A stretch of DNA of 64,000 bases from Camelus dromedarius (taxonomy: Eukaryota). The DNA lies in assembly GCF_036321535.1 (NCBI RefSeq), contig NC_087436.1, forward strand, positions 93,498,001 to 93,562,000. Direction: 5' to 3'. The position numbers and the translations under genes are program-made. Of this stretch, positions 37,673-51,005 are shown in pieces (positions within the stretch are counted from its first letter, which is position 1; each line of letters starts with the position of its first letter). The notes below the pieces were generated by a model. That model worked only from the letters and a program-made list of their open reading frames with translations, searched no databases and was not told the DNA's origin.

Positions 37673-40600
37673 TCGCTCTTGGGCTGAGTAGCATTTTGGT
37701 CCGTTTTTCACCTGGGCATTTCCTTTCTTCCTTGCTGTGCTGTATTTTGAACATGAGCTCTTGATAGTGTGGAGTATGCGAGCTTTCAGGTTTTTACTCC
37801 TGGAGATCACTCCTGCACCTTTCTTCCTTTCTCTTTTCCCCCTTTTCCTCATCCCCTTCCCTTCCATCCCATACTGAATTTTTAGACAGTTTGGTTGACT
37901 GTATTCTGGATAACCTAGTTCTCAGGCCCCAACCCCCACCCCTTTTAAAATAGATTTTTAAAAGCTTTGTGAAGGCAGACATTTGGCATGTTAAAATTGA
38001 ACTTCAGTTTAGTTTCTAAAATAAATAATTCAACTTTTTTTTTATCCTTAAAAAAAATGTCTGCAGGAAATGCTTCTAAAATAACTGATATTCCCCTTGT
38101 TAACTGATGTTGTGTTTGGATGGATTCCAACATAAGTTCTTTTTCCTTGGGGTGGGGGGAAAGATGTGGGTGGGGGCCGTCTTCTCCATGCCAGAACACA
38201 CAGAGATTGTAATCCCTCATACCTAAGAGTGCCTTTCATATGATGGTATACTGCCATATATTTGGTTTCATTGGTTGACAGTCTCATGATGTTGGCTTAT
38301 ACTATCACCCCCATGTTACAAATGATGGAACAAAGGTTAATGAGCATAAATTAGTTACCCCAGAAAGCCTCGGGTGGTAAATAACAGAGCCCGGACCACA
38401 ACCTCTGAATCCACTGATTTCTTTGTCTCTTGTTCTTTCCAGAACAGCCTTAAAACATTAGTAAGCATAAATTCCCTTTCTTCCCCTGCAGCTGTTGAAA
38501 CCCTCTTTACTTGAGAACATGACAGGGGACGTTACAATCGAAATCTTTTCCAAATAGTCATCATGTTTCCACAGCCTATGTTGGGTGCTTGTTTAGGTTG
38601 TTCATAATAGATTCTTTTTAGTTGCGGGTGATGAGTAATTAAAAAAAAATCCTCATTATTTCAAACAATTTATACTCTCCTCTCCCAAACATTTTAAGAT
38701 GTGAATTTATCAATACTCTGAAATTAAGTTTTCAAAATCAAATTTCCAACACCACGAGAGGAATGTTCTCTGATGTATTCTTGTCTGGTCCTCCTGATCA
38801 TTTTGAGAGAGAAATTTCAGAAGTATTGATTTGGTTTGGCTAATATTTCTGGAGTCAGGCTCAAGAAAGGGAAACTTTACCTGTGACTTTAAAATAGGGG
38901 GAAAAAAATGCTGGCCACACCTTTAAGATTCTCAGATGGTGGCAGTATCTGAGGGCACATTGTACCGAAGGCATTCACTGACACTAAAAACCAAACAACA
39001 CACAGCCAAGGTTCCAAGTAAGAAAGGACTTCAAAAATCAATGAATCTGATCTAATTCTAATTTCTGTTTAGTCTCTGTTGAGAAAGATAATTTGGTGAC
39101 TGTAGCAAGATTGTGCCCAATTTGATTAGCAGGTCAGAGTTCATTCTACCAGATTGCTCAGTTTAAACTCACTGTCATTACCTTACAAATGCCTTTAAAG
39201 AGTTACTTGAATAATACTCACCAGCCAGCTCTGATTTCATTGTGAGCTAGTGACAAGAATCTGATTCCTTTTGCCCTCTGTGGACATTAGCCTCTAGCAT
39301 TAGATTTGAGGCACAGAAAGGAATGAATAAACTTTCAGTATTGTCTTTCCTCCAGGGTCCAGCCATGGAAGTAGATGGTGGGGATTTTAGGAATGGTTTG
39401 GGGTGGAAAAAACACGTTTTCTCCTTTCATTGGGTGCCTGACTCCTGAGTCGAGGCGGGACAGAGCCATTGTGTTTGTCCTGGCAATCCTAAAGTGAGGT
39501 CACATCATCCCTTGTTGCAGCTTCACACTTCGTGCCTTTGTGGTCCTGCTTCCTGCTCGAGAGGCAAAGGCAGGTGAGAAGGGAGCTCAGTGAAGGCTTT
39601 TCCGGGAGCGTGTCTGAGTTTGTGGCTGCCATCTGTCCTCTTCACTCCCTTGCTCTTAAGGCTGCTGTCGTTCTCTGGGACTCTCAGGCTTCTGACTGGT
39701 GTGGTGTGCGCGCTGTAGGTAGATGCTGAGAAAGAAGTGGAGGTGAGCAGGGTTTCCCATGCATCATTTAGAGGAAAAGAGCAAAATGCTGCTTACCCCT
39801 AGGGTTGCATCAGGCATAAGATATGAAGCAGTAGGATTATTTTATTTTAGTTCTTAGTGATGCTTTTTTTTGTTTTGTTTTAAACAGTGTTGTATTGAAG
39901 TATAATTGACCTATGTTTGTTCCAGGTGCTATTATTGCATATTACAAAATGATCCCTGCTCTGTTTTCTAAATTTTTGAAATCACTAATGTCTCTTCCCT
40001 AATACTTCAGTCGTATTGAGAGGAAGAGGCCCAGATGTGATGCCACGGATCACATGCTCCAGCACTGGGGTGAGCACACATCCCTCTTGTCTCTTGCAGG
40101 TGGCTCACAGGTGGAGGTCTAGCTTTCTCTTGTTGAAAACCTCTTGTCCTGCTTTGAGCAGTGGGTCTGTGCTGTTATCAACAGGGCAAGTGCTAGGACC
40201 AGAAAGCTTTCGGTGTGACAGGCAGTTTCTGTTCAGGACACCTGCTGCCTGAGCACACTGCCACCATTGTTTCTCTGACAGAACGTGTTCTGGGCAGAGC
40301 CACGTCTATTTTCGCCAGCCTTTGAGTCTCCGCTTTTTCTCCTGCATGCATTTCATTTTTGATGGAATACACTTCTGTCTTGTTCTACTGGTTTTGCTGA
40401 TAAGAATTTAACATGTGCTTGTGGTTCATACAAACTTGTATTTCGGGGAGTGCATGCTGAGCTGTTGTAGTGGTGGAAAGAGCACTTGGTCACAGTGGAG
40501 CCAGGCTCTCTGGACTCTCATCCCTGCCTCACCAGCTGTGTGGCTTTGGGAGAGAGACATTTCATTTCTCTGGTGACAGTGTCCTCATTTATAAACTGAG

Positions 40601-43486
40601 GAGGTTGGGCTTCTTAGAGTGATGGATTGCCAAGTACCCCAGCGTTAATATTCCACCATTGTGTTTTGTGTTTTCTGAGATGCCAAGAGTATCAGAAATG
40701 GAGTGTGACAGTGTTCACTGAGGGCTGTGCTCCTGTAAAAATGTAAGTGACACCAGGAGGTGCTCTTTTAAATTAAGTGACAGCTGTATGGCATGGCCAG
40801 TGGTAAGAGAAGTTTGGATGCGTTAGTTAAGGGAGGGGAATGACAGTGATTTTCTTGTCTCTTTGTGGCAAGTTTTCAAAATAATAAGTAAAGATTTTTT
40901 GTTTTTAGGAAATCACTTCTTGTTCAGCCCTGGAAGTGTTATTGGACACTTGGGTTTTGAACTTCTAAGTTAAGGATTACGGAATACAGATAAATGAAGA
41001 TTTTAAAATTTTACCTCTTATTCTCTTATTCAGATAAGAGGAAACCCGCTGATCAGGCTAATATAGATATGCCAATTCTGATTTGTATTCCCATACTGTT
41101 TAATAATAAAAACCTTGCTTAAAAATATTCTAACTCTGCAAACAATACATATTAATTTTAGAAAACTTGGAAAACACTAAGACATTAATACATAAATTTC
41201 TAATTCCATAACCCAGAAATAGCTATTTTTGTTCATACTTGGTGTCTTTAGATTATATGCACTCAGTTTGTAGAACAAAACTGGGATTATACCACACATG
41301 TGTAATTTGATATCTTGCTTTTTCCCTGCTATGTTCCTTTTGAAATGATTTTTGGGACAGAGTTTCTAAATGAAGGTGACGTTTAATGTAATACGCTTGG
41401 CACACTTGTGACAGGGTCTGCTTTGATGTACAGAAATAGAATTGTGGACCCAGTATCAGAACATAACATAGATCTCATTCCTTCTTGAGTAGGCTTTCAA
41501 TATTTGGTATATATCGATGTTGTCATAACTCTTACTATAATTAACAAAGACTTCTTCTTCACCCATTAGTTCTTAATTGTTCACTAATTGCTTTTATAAG
41601 ATTCCCTCATTTGAGTTTTCTGTTTCCGAATTGCTGGCTGCAATATCAGTGAGCCTATGTTATTTTAGCACTGTTTTTCTGGATGCTTTGACTCTTACTA
41701 AAGCATAGTAGCTAGTGTGGGCTAGGCCACAGGTTTGGCATGAAGTAGGTTAGTTAAGTGATTCCTTTTGCCCGGATATATTATACATTTGATAACATTT
41801 ATGACTTGCTTGAATATTGGTTTTGTATATCATTCTTCTCTATTAGGAAATGAAAGATGATTAGCTTCCCCTTTAGATTACGCAACCTATAAATTTTTCT
41901 GTTACACCACTCACTTTGCATTGAAAATACATTCTAAATCCTGAACCACACTGGAATTTTTTTATGACCTTTCCCTTATGTGTCTTTTGGTGGTGCCTTT
42001 GAAGTCCTGAAATGTTTTTATATTTGATAGAGATTAAATCTGGGTTTCATTTTACTTTTTTAAACATATTGAGCAAGTTAATTTTCTGTTCGAGTTCCTA
42101 AGGGGAATGATTCCAGCCCTCTGTGTCCCAAGAATTCAGACTGAGCCTTGCCAGGACATTCCTGTGGTTTTCCACAGGGCAGATCAGGGTGTTCATGAAA
42201 CTTTAGTTGTAGCTCATGCTTTCTGTGGTTAATTAAAACATCTGGCTTTTAAATTTTCCACAAACAGAGCCTAACTGTTTGGTCAAACCTTTTCAGTAAT
42301 AGTTAAATACCTCAACCCTCCCCTCAGAATAGCCCAAGCTTGTCTTTGGGACACCTTATAAACCGTTGTCTCTGTTCACTAATGATGTTAAATGTTTGGC
42401 AGACAGTAGGGTTATCCTGCCAAACATACAATCTTGAGAGAGAGAGAGTTTGTGAGTGTGAACCCGTCTAATGGCTCCCGGCCTTTCCCCTCCAGGTTGG
42501 AGCTGCACTGAGTGAGCTGTTGCCGTCCGGGGCCAAGCATGCTGTGGTTGGACCTGCCCAGCCGTGGAACAGAAATGTTTGCTGGATGGAAAATCCATAA
42601 AAGAAAGCTCCTGTGAAAGCCTGAGACAGACAGTGACTTAAGCAAAATCAGGTTGGTGTAAGATAAGAGAGGCTGGATAAAATGGATTGGGTCAGATGGG
42701 GAAAGTTGTTTGGTTCATTCCATAAAGCGATTTTGAGACAACCTCAAATAATCATTCCCGGTTACATGGGAGATTCCTAGTGTCGTACAGGTGGCAAATG
42801 GATCCAGGTGAGCTTGTGTGTACAGTGTATGGTTGTCTTCTTTTCTTTCTCTTCCTTCTCCCTCTCCTCTGTCCCATTCTCTCTGAGAAAAGAGAGGAAG
42901 GTCTTAAGCTTAACAAATGTATAAGAAGCCACAGCCAGAGGTCACCCATAGCAGCCTCCATGATCTTGGCTTGATTTTGGAGACAAAGCCATGTCCTTGA
43001 GAAAGCTTGGACCTGTACTGGTACTTTTCAGAGACTTGCCCTCATTTCTGTTTCACACTGTGAAGGGTGGATTTTGGAGCCCTGCCTTTTTTGTTGTCTT
43101 TTTTTTTTTGCAGGGGTTGGGGATGCTTCTGTCTGTGCTCCTTTGGTGTGCTTGGCAAGTTTCTATTTACTCTTATCTACCCCCAACAAAAGCTAGCCAT
43201 ACATTCATTTTCAGCAATATGTGCACTTGCCATTAAGATACTCATACAGGACAAATGAGAAGAAATGTCCTAAAAATAATAGGAATATAACTAAATGCAA
43301 AATAGCCTCACTGTGGACCAGGAGAAGGAAACTGTATTAACCACACATGAAAGAGAAAGAATATCATACTGGGATGGGCACTGCAAACACTTTCTACTGG
43401 ATATTGGTAACTCAGAATGACATCATAAGCAGTGAATAAATACTAGAAAGGAGTGAGCCGGCAGTCTTGAAAGCCTGGAAAGCAGT

Positions 43487-44010
43487 GAATGTCTGTTGGC
43501 TTTGCCCACCCAGCATCCTTTTCCTCCTGCTTTCAGTAAATCTCCCAGACTTCCCCTGGGCACCTGTCACCCTTGCTTTGTTCTCAGCCCGTGTCGTTAG
43601 AGGAGGTGACTGCGCTGCCTCTGTCTTGGGCACGTGACATCAGCCTGGCTAGTCAGGATCCCAGGGCTCTGTTACTGAGGTATTTTCACTGAATCGGTTG
43701 CAAAGAGGTTTTTCCTTTCTGTGAGTCTGTTAAGCTGGAGATGCTGTGACCCTCTTTGTACCATGTAGGGAGAGCCTTTCTGAGAACGAAGTCAATACAG
43801 AGAGAAAATCAGAGCAGGGAGATAGATGGAAGCAAAGAGATGGGGGTGAGGGGGACACATGGACACATATACCTGCCCTTCACCCAAAACTTACAGCCCC
43901 AGATTCAGCAGCCCTTAGAGCCAGGAACTAGTCTCACTTTCCTGGCAGGTGAGCCACTTGGTTTGAATTAGATGTCCATCACTTACATCCAGAAACACCC
44001 CGATTGGTAA
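43487..44010 (+). mobile_element. Old MaLR LTR (MLT1J/K/L-like)
   Basis: 'tttgcccacccagcatcc', 'gagagcctttctgagaacgaagtcaatacagagagaaaatcagagc', 'gagccacttggtttgaatt'. Confidence 0.65.
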
Positions 44011-44639
44011 TGCCTTTCAGGTGTGAGGTCTTAGCATGCTATGACTGTGGTACAGTCCCAGTCCTCAGGGGCTCACGGTGTAGGGGATAGGCCCGATCAG
44101 TACTGGGCCAGCTGATCTGCAGTGTGAAAAATACATCTCTAGAGGTAAGCGCCAGGTTCTGCGGGAGTAGAAGAGATGTTGAGTTCTGCTGGTGGGGGAG
44201 AGATGAGCAGAGAGAGCTGCTATTTGACGGGAGAAACAGGATTTAATCTTCAGGAACGTTTTTAGAAGTCTATTTAATTCAGTTACTTGCTTTTTGAGTC
44301 TGAAAGAAAGGGAGGCTTTCCAGAGCCTATAGTTAATTGCAGATAAGGAAGATAATTTCAGAGCTTCACCAGTAGTAGATCTTGGTATTTACTGTAAACA
44401 CAATTGTTTCAGGAGCAGCCAAATGAGAGGTTATCAAAAAGTTGTCCAGAGTTTATTTTAACACCACAGGGGAACAGCTGCTCTTCTCACCAGAACATCA
44501 GCTGGCTTTCTGGTGTGAGCAGAATTCTGAGTGCGTCATGAGCTTTAAAGATTTGTTTCTTCTTCTTAATGTTAGGCTTTAGGATTATTATTATATATTT
44601 TTTTTTATAATTGACATTGTTTGACTTTGGAAGAATTCA

Positions 44640-44855
44640 TAGTCTTTATTTTGGGGAAGCAGTTTTAGGTTACAGGAAAACTGAGCAGAAAGTAGAATTT
44701 CCATAGCCCCCTCACCCTCAGGTTTCCTGTTATGAACGTCTTGCATTCGTGGGGTATATTTGTTACAGCTGATTAGCCAATATTGATATATTACTACTAA
44801 CTAAAGCCTCTAGTCTACACCAGGATTCAGTCTTTGTGTTGTACATGGTATGGGC
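44640..44855 (-). mobile_element. Ancient L1 3' end (L1MC/MD-like)
   Basis: 'agcagttttaggttacaggaaaactgagcagaaagta', 'caatattgatatattactactaactaaag'. Confidence 0.78.
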
Positions 44856-44875
44856 CTTTTGAACCAGCCTTCTGA

Positions 44876-46240
44876 CAGGGATTGTGTTGAATCTCCAGAT
44901 CAGTTTGAGAAATATTGCTGTCTTGCCAACATTAAGAATTCTGATCCATGAACATGGGATGTGTTTCCATTGATTTAGGTCTTTAATTTCTTCCAGCAGT
45001 GTTTTGTTGTCCTCAGAGAACAGAGCTTACACTAATTGGTTAAATCTATTCTTGTGTATTTTTTTCCTTCTTGATTCTTTTATAAATGGAATCATTTTTA
45101 CAATTTCACTTTCAGAGTAGTCATTGCCAGTGTACAGAGGTGCAACTTTTTGTTTGTTTGTTTGTTTTTTGAGGGGGGTAATTAGGTTGTGTTTATTTAT
45201 TTATTAAATGGAGGTACTGGGGATTGAACCCAGGACCTTGTGCTTGCGAGGCATGCACTCTGCCACTGAGCTGTACCTTTCCCACCCCCCACCCCTGAGA
45301 TACAACTTTTTTTTTTTTTTTGGTATATTGCTCTTGTTTTCTTCTACCTTGTTGGACTTGTTTACCAGTCCTGATAGTTTTTTTACTGTGTATATGAATT
45401 CCTTAGGATTGTCTGTATACCAGATTATGTCATCTGTGACTAGAGAGAGTTTTATTTCTTGCCCAGTATGGATGTTATTAGCATTATTTTTTACAGTGAT
45501 TTGAAAACTTTACTGTGATACGAGAAATACAAAGTAGCATGTTATGGTGCTTCTAATAAAATCATCCTATTATGTAGATTTTTGAAAAGGATAAAAGATA
45601 GTATTTATGAAATTTTATCCCCTCGTAATTGAGCTAGATATTCAGTCAGTGAGCTTCTTAGCCGTTCCTGTGTCTTTTTGGGGGGATAAACCTATTCAAA
45701 CTCTGCATATTTTTATATTGGGTTGTTTGTCTGTAAGTCCCTTATTGGATATATGATTTGCACATATTTTCTCCCAGTCTCTGGCTTGTCTTTGTGCTTT
45801 CTTAATGGTGTCTTTTGAAGCGCAAACATTTTTAATTGTGGTAAAGTTAAATTTATCGGGTTTTTTTTCTTCCAAAGTTCCTGATTTTTGATGTTTTCAA
45901 ATATCTTTGCCTAACCAAAAATTGCTAAGATTTTCTTGTATATTTCTTTCTGAGACTTCCGTTGTTTTAGCCCTTACATTTAGGTCTATGATCCGTTTTG
46001 AGTTAAGTTTTGTGTATGATATGAGGTTCAGGTATATGTTCAATTTCTTTTTTCTCTTTTCTTCTTTTTTTTCTATTTTTTTTCAAACATATGACTATCC
46101 AGTTGTCCCATTTGCTGAAAAGGTTATCCTTTACCTATTGACTTATTTTGGCATCTTTGTAGAAAATTAATTGGCCATAAATGTAAGGGTCTTTTTCTGT
46201 ACTCTTCGGTTCTATTCCTTATGTCAGTACCATGCTTCAC
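44876..46240 (-). mobile_element. Degenerate L1M ORF2 fragments, with a SINE inserted
   Basis: 'tccatgaacatgggatgtgtttccattgatttaggtc', 'ttacatttaggtctatgatccgttttgagttaag'. Confidence 0.8.
45151..45296 (-). mobile_element. tRNA-derived SINE, camelid Vic-1-like
   Basis: Reverse of the 19463 element ('tggaggtactggggattgaacccaggacctt...gcatgcactctgccactgagct'); TSD gaggtgcaactttt / gagatacaactttt (12/14). Confidence 0.9.
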
Positions 46241-49200
46241 TTAGATCTTTGCAATGCAGGGTTTTTTTTTTTTTTTAAATGTAAACGGTTTGTTCAGGAA
46301 ATGGACTTATGCTGCATTATAGCTCTTTTTAATTTTATTATACTACTGTACCTTTGCTGCTCTCCCCCTCCATTCTTGTTTGAGTCACTCTGTTAAAAGT
46401 ATTAGTCTCTGGGTATTTCTCTTTGGGATAACGATGGAAATCTGAAAGTGGTAGGAGAGAATGCAAATCAATCTAGATGCATTTTCTGGGTTACCATGTA
46501 CCTTACTTTAAGTCAAAAAAGTACTCTGTTTTTCATAAAAGTGGTAAGCATTTTTATGCACATTACCATTTGAATAAAAAAGATTAAATTTTTTTTCATT
46601 ACCTCTGTCTTAATTATTACCACTAACTACTGACTGAAGGATTTACACGTTTGGTATATTATTTCAAGAATTTTCTTTAATGGTTACATGAATTGGGTCT
46701 TTTATACAGAAAAAGATAAATCTCACAGGTTATTTTACTAAGTGGAAAAATCTATGAATTAAAGTGTCTTGGGTTTTGGATTATAGTATGGTTTTATGTT
46801 TTATGGAAATTGGACATTTTTTGTAATATTAAAATCCTAGCTGCATTTTTATATTTGCCTGTGCTGTTTTTGTCTTTTTGTTGGTGTGGTTCTCAATGGA
46901 CTGTTGTGCAGACATTAAAATAATTAGAAACATGAAGACTGCAAATTTATATCTCTTCTTTAGTTATAACTTTGTAAAAATTATGAATGCATAAAGATTA
47001 AAAAGGAAAAAATAGTCGTGCTTTATTGTGATGTTCGGAGTCTAGTTGGCCATTTTCTTTTATTTTGTTTTTTAGTAAAGTTATCCTTTTGTTTGGGGAA
47101 CTACTTTTATTTGTAATGTAAAAAAACATAAATTTAGTGTTGGCGAAATTCAGAGACAATTCTCTTCCATACAGCTAAAAAGCTGACTTCTGCCCTTGGA
47201 CTTGAATCAGGTAATGAAATGACGCGATTAGATTTAGAACATGTTTTCTGCAGTTCCATTAGTAGGTCAAGCCATGCCTCCCAGTTCCCGGAGGGCTCAG
47301 TTCTCCAGGATGGCTTATCTGCTTCCTGCTCTTTCTTTGTAATCTTCTCATTTCCACCTGGGTAGACCAGCTTGATGGAACTGACGTGCTTGTTACCTGG
47401 CCTTTGCTTTCCTTGCACTCCTTTTGCTGATAATGTCACTTCAGAAAAATGCATCCATGGGGCAACATGGCATACTCTTATTTTCCTTTAAAAGAACAGT
47501 AGGTAAGCTTTCGTGTCTTCCTCTAGGATCCTGGAAGTGCACATCATGAGTTGTTGTTTTTTTTTTTTTTTAACCCAGTCACTCCTTTCAATCTTTTCTT
47601 TCTCTTTGGTGCCCTTTTAAAAATCTTTGTGACCTATTTGCAGAATGATGAATGACCCTATGTGGAGTGTTGTATGATTCTCTGGGAGGATATGGTCCTG
47701 TTGGTCTTAGTTTGCTTCAGCTCCGTAAGACAAATGTGGCTGGGTGAGAGTAGCTTCTTGACTGCCCTTTACTTTGAACAGAGAGCCCTGTGCTGACTGA
47801 AGTTAGGGGTTTGGAATGATTGAGCCACTGCAGTTTGAGCTGTGGTACAATTACATTTGTGAGGGCTGCAGCCTATTTATAATCATTTGGGTGCAGATGA
47901 AGCAAAATCAGATCAACTTAGCACATTCGGTGAGCCCACTGCAAGAACAGAGTGTGTCTGCAACTTGCTTCCATTAGAAGAAACCACATTCTTGTGTAAA
48001 CCTCTAATGAGGATGTTTATGATAAATATACATATTAATAGAGTTTGGAATATTACACCTTTTGATTTTTTGCCTGTCTTTATTTTTTTTATATTAAATG
48101 CTCTGTGAGGTATTGGGTTTCCTTTAAAAGCCTTCAAAGGTACTATACTCAAGTGACATACAGTCATTGTTTATTTTTGTGTAATTACTGATAGAAGAAC
48201 AAGCGTAGTTTCTCAGTCCCATAGTCGCCTGTAGTGAATAAAACATTTGATTTGATTATACTGTCCGAATAAGATCTATATGCATGACATGATAACTGTT
48301 CAGAACTTCTGAAATTTCCAAGTAGATTATTATCTGCTCAAATAAGAATTGATCTTCAGTTCCCTTTATAAACAAAAATGGTCTATTGGATATTTTTGCA
48401 TAGACAGTATCCAGGCCAGTAATTTGTTTAGAAAATGAATAGCAACATCAGTCTAGCTTACATTGTGAAATGGCTCTGTGCAATTTGCTAGTGTGCCCTT
48501 TGTAAGAGTTAAAGAAAATACTTTTTCCTGCATTCCTTCTGCTGCTGAGGCCCTTTGAGGGCAGATCTTAGCATCTCGGTGACTACTTCATGCTTGGTTT
48601 CACAAGGGTGATTTTCCTGAAGATTCTAGGTTGCAGATAGTTTGTGAGTGCTGTGGCTCTTTCTGATGTCTGGTTAAAGCATGACGGTGGCAGTGCCTAG
48701 GAAAGGAAGTGGGTAATTAGTGACTTTACCAAAGACGTATCTCAGAAATAAGAAGTCGGGAGTTCCAACCATGACTTTAGGTCCTCGATGATTCTAAAAT
48801 TGGATTAGAAATGACCACTGATCTCCAGGAGACATTCATTTATGAGTGATAAGAGATGCTGAATTAATTTTCTAGGTCAGTGCAATTTAGTTAAATTCCA
48901 AATGAGCTTGTTAACGGTATTAGGGAAGTCTACTGTGGTAGTTGCTAGAGGGAATAAAATGAAATATCCGGGGGGAGAGATAGTCAGAATACAAGCCCTC
49001 CTGGGAGAGCTAACATTTTATTGAGCTTGTCGGGGTGCTAAGGACTTAAGCACTTCCTCAGCGTTTGATGGGATCGGGGAGGGGTGGGGAGAATCCTCAG
49101 AGCAGTCCTATGAACGACTTATTAGTTGTTTATATTACAGACGAAGAAGCTCAGGAGCTGAGAGATCAAATGGTTTTATCTAAGTCTCACATCTACTAAT

Positions 49201-49957
49201 TTAAATCTGAATCTAAACTTTTTTCTCAAACTTCTTGGTATAATTGTATCAATAAAGCACAGCCTGTAAAGTGGTTGGCCTGTAGGAAGGTCTCTATGCC
49301 TCTCTTTGTGTATCTTTCATTGTTATTGTAACTAATGAGATAATAGAGGCCAGAAGTACTACATGAATAGGATGCCTTGGAATCTCCAAGCAGAGAGTGG
49401 TTAATATGGACGTAGATTAATCTGGAGAAGTGGCATTTTGTTATTTTATTTTATTTTATTTTTTCCCTTTTTCAGTTTTATTAGGTTTTTGATAAGTAAG
49501 TAGGAGGTAGGAGGTTGTCCGTGGATGGGGGTTTTCAAGCTTTTTTACCTGAGGAAAATACCTAATCAGATCCCCAGAGGCAGAAAGAAAAATGCACGGC
49601 ATATTTAGGAGTCTGTCCAAGATTTTATAGCCAAAGTATGTGGCCCAGCCATGCACTCCATCAACTTGCTGTGAGTTTCCTGGAGGTATCTGGTTGCTGA
49701 GGGAATCAGACACCCCCAAGCAGCTACTTAGAGAAGGAAGGTAGAAGGTAAGCCTTGGACTTTCCCAACTGTCCTCCACCCTTACTCTGTACTCCCTATT
49801 TGAGGAGCTTCGAGCTTCTGTGCACTGCCTGCCATGGGAGCCCTGAAGCATTTGACAGTGGGAGGGACCAAGGTGTTCATCCCCAGGATGGTTTGAGACT
49901 CCCGTCTATCTACTGCTTTTCTAGTACTTTCACCTGGTAGTATTCGTAGTTAAGTAC

Positions 49958-50300
49958 TGCTGTGGTCTGAATGAATGTCCCCCACCCCACCCCCTAATTC
50001 AGATGGTGGAAATCTTAACCCCCAAAGATGATGGTCTGAGGAGGTGGTGACTTTGGGAGGTGCTTAAGTAATGAGGGTGGAGCTCTCATGAATGGGATTA
50101 CGGCCTTATAAAAGAGCCTCCAGCCGTGTGAGGACATAGCGAGGACGAGGACACCGGCGATGAACCAGGTGTTCACCAAAAGGTGACTGTGCCGGCACCT
50201 CGGTCTCGATGTCCAGCCTCCAGAACTGTGAGAAGCCAGTTTCTGTTGTTGATAAGCCACCTGGCCCGTGGTGTTTTGTAACAGCATCCCGAATGAACAA
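49958..50300 (+). mobile_element. MaLR solo LTR, MLT1A-like
   Basis: 'tgctgtggtctgaatg', 'gagggtggagctctcatgaatgggatta', 'ccagcctccagaactgtgaga'. Confidence 0.88.
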
Positions 50301-50629
50301 GGGTAAATACCCAGCAGATGATCATCTCCCCACTCTTTTCCTGCAGTTGTCTTAGACAAGGAATGTAGAAAACAGTAAAAGGTCAGCTGCAGAGAGCCCT
50401 TTGCAAAGCTGTGATTGCCGGTCTCCAGCTTTGCTATGTGACGCTTCTGGTCTGGTTCAGAGTCTGTATTGTCTGGAAGAGCTTGACCTGGTCTGCAGTG
50501 GGCTGGCGGGCTGGCTGCCTGGCAGTTTTCTGGGGCAGTTTGAGACAAAGCAGGTCAGTTGTGATCCTTATATTACATGTAGAAAAAGGACTCCTGTCTG
50601 AGATGGAATTATCTTAAAGTAGATGCCAC

Positions 50630-51005
50630 TGGAGAGCTATTTGGCAGTATATTTCAGAATTTAAAATCATCAGCAGTTTCATAAATTGATTCACTTAAAA
50701 CTATGCCAAGATATTTGTACAAGTTATAGCATATTTGTAAAGAATGAAGGAGCTCTATATGTGTGCTGATTTGGAATTACATTATTTATACATACACACA
50801 TATACACTTATATGTGCATGTATATGTATAAAATGAAAAAGTGTTTTGCAGAATCATGTGACTACCATTCCCTTTTGTATAAAATTTTTTAAAGATACAT
50901 ATGCTGGTATATATACTTTTTTCCCATAAGAAGATATGAACTGTTACTACAGTGAAAAATTTTTATTTTTCTTTTCTGTATTTGAGTTTTCTAACCATGT
51001 TCATT
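50630..51005 (+). mobile_element. Ancient L1ME-like 3' fragment
   Basis: 'tttggcagtatat...caagatatttgtacaag...ctgtatttgagttttctaaccatg'. Confidence 0.55.

Noticed and set aside
47645..47800. Box C motif ATGATGA suggesting a C/D snoRNA
   Set aside because: No suitably placed CTGA with a terminal stem and no recognisable guide sequence.
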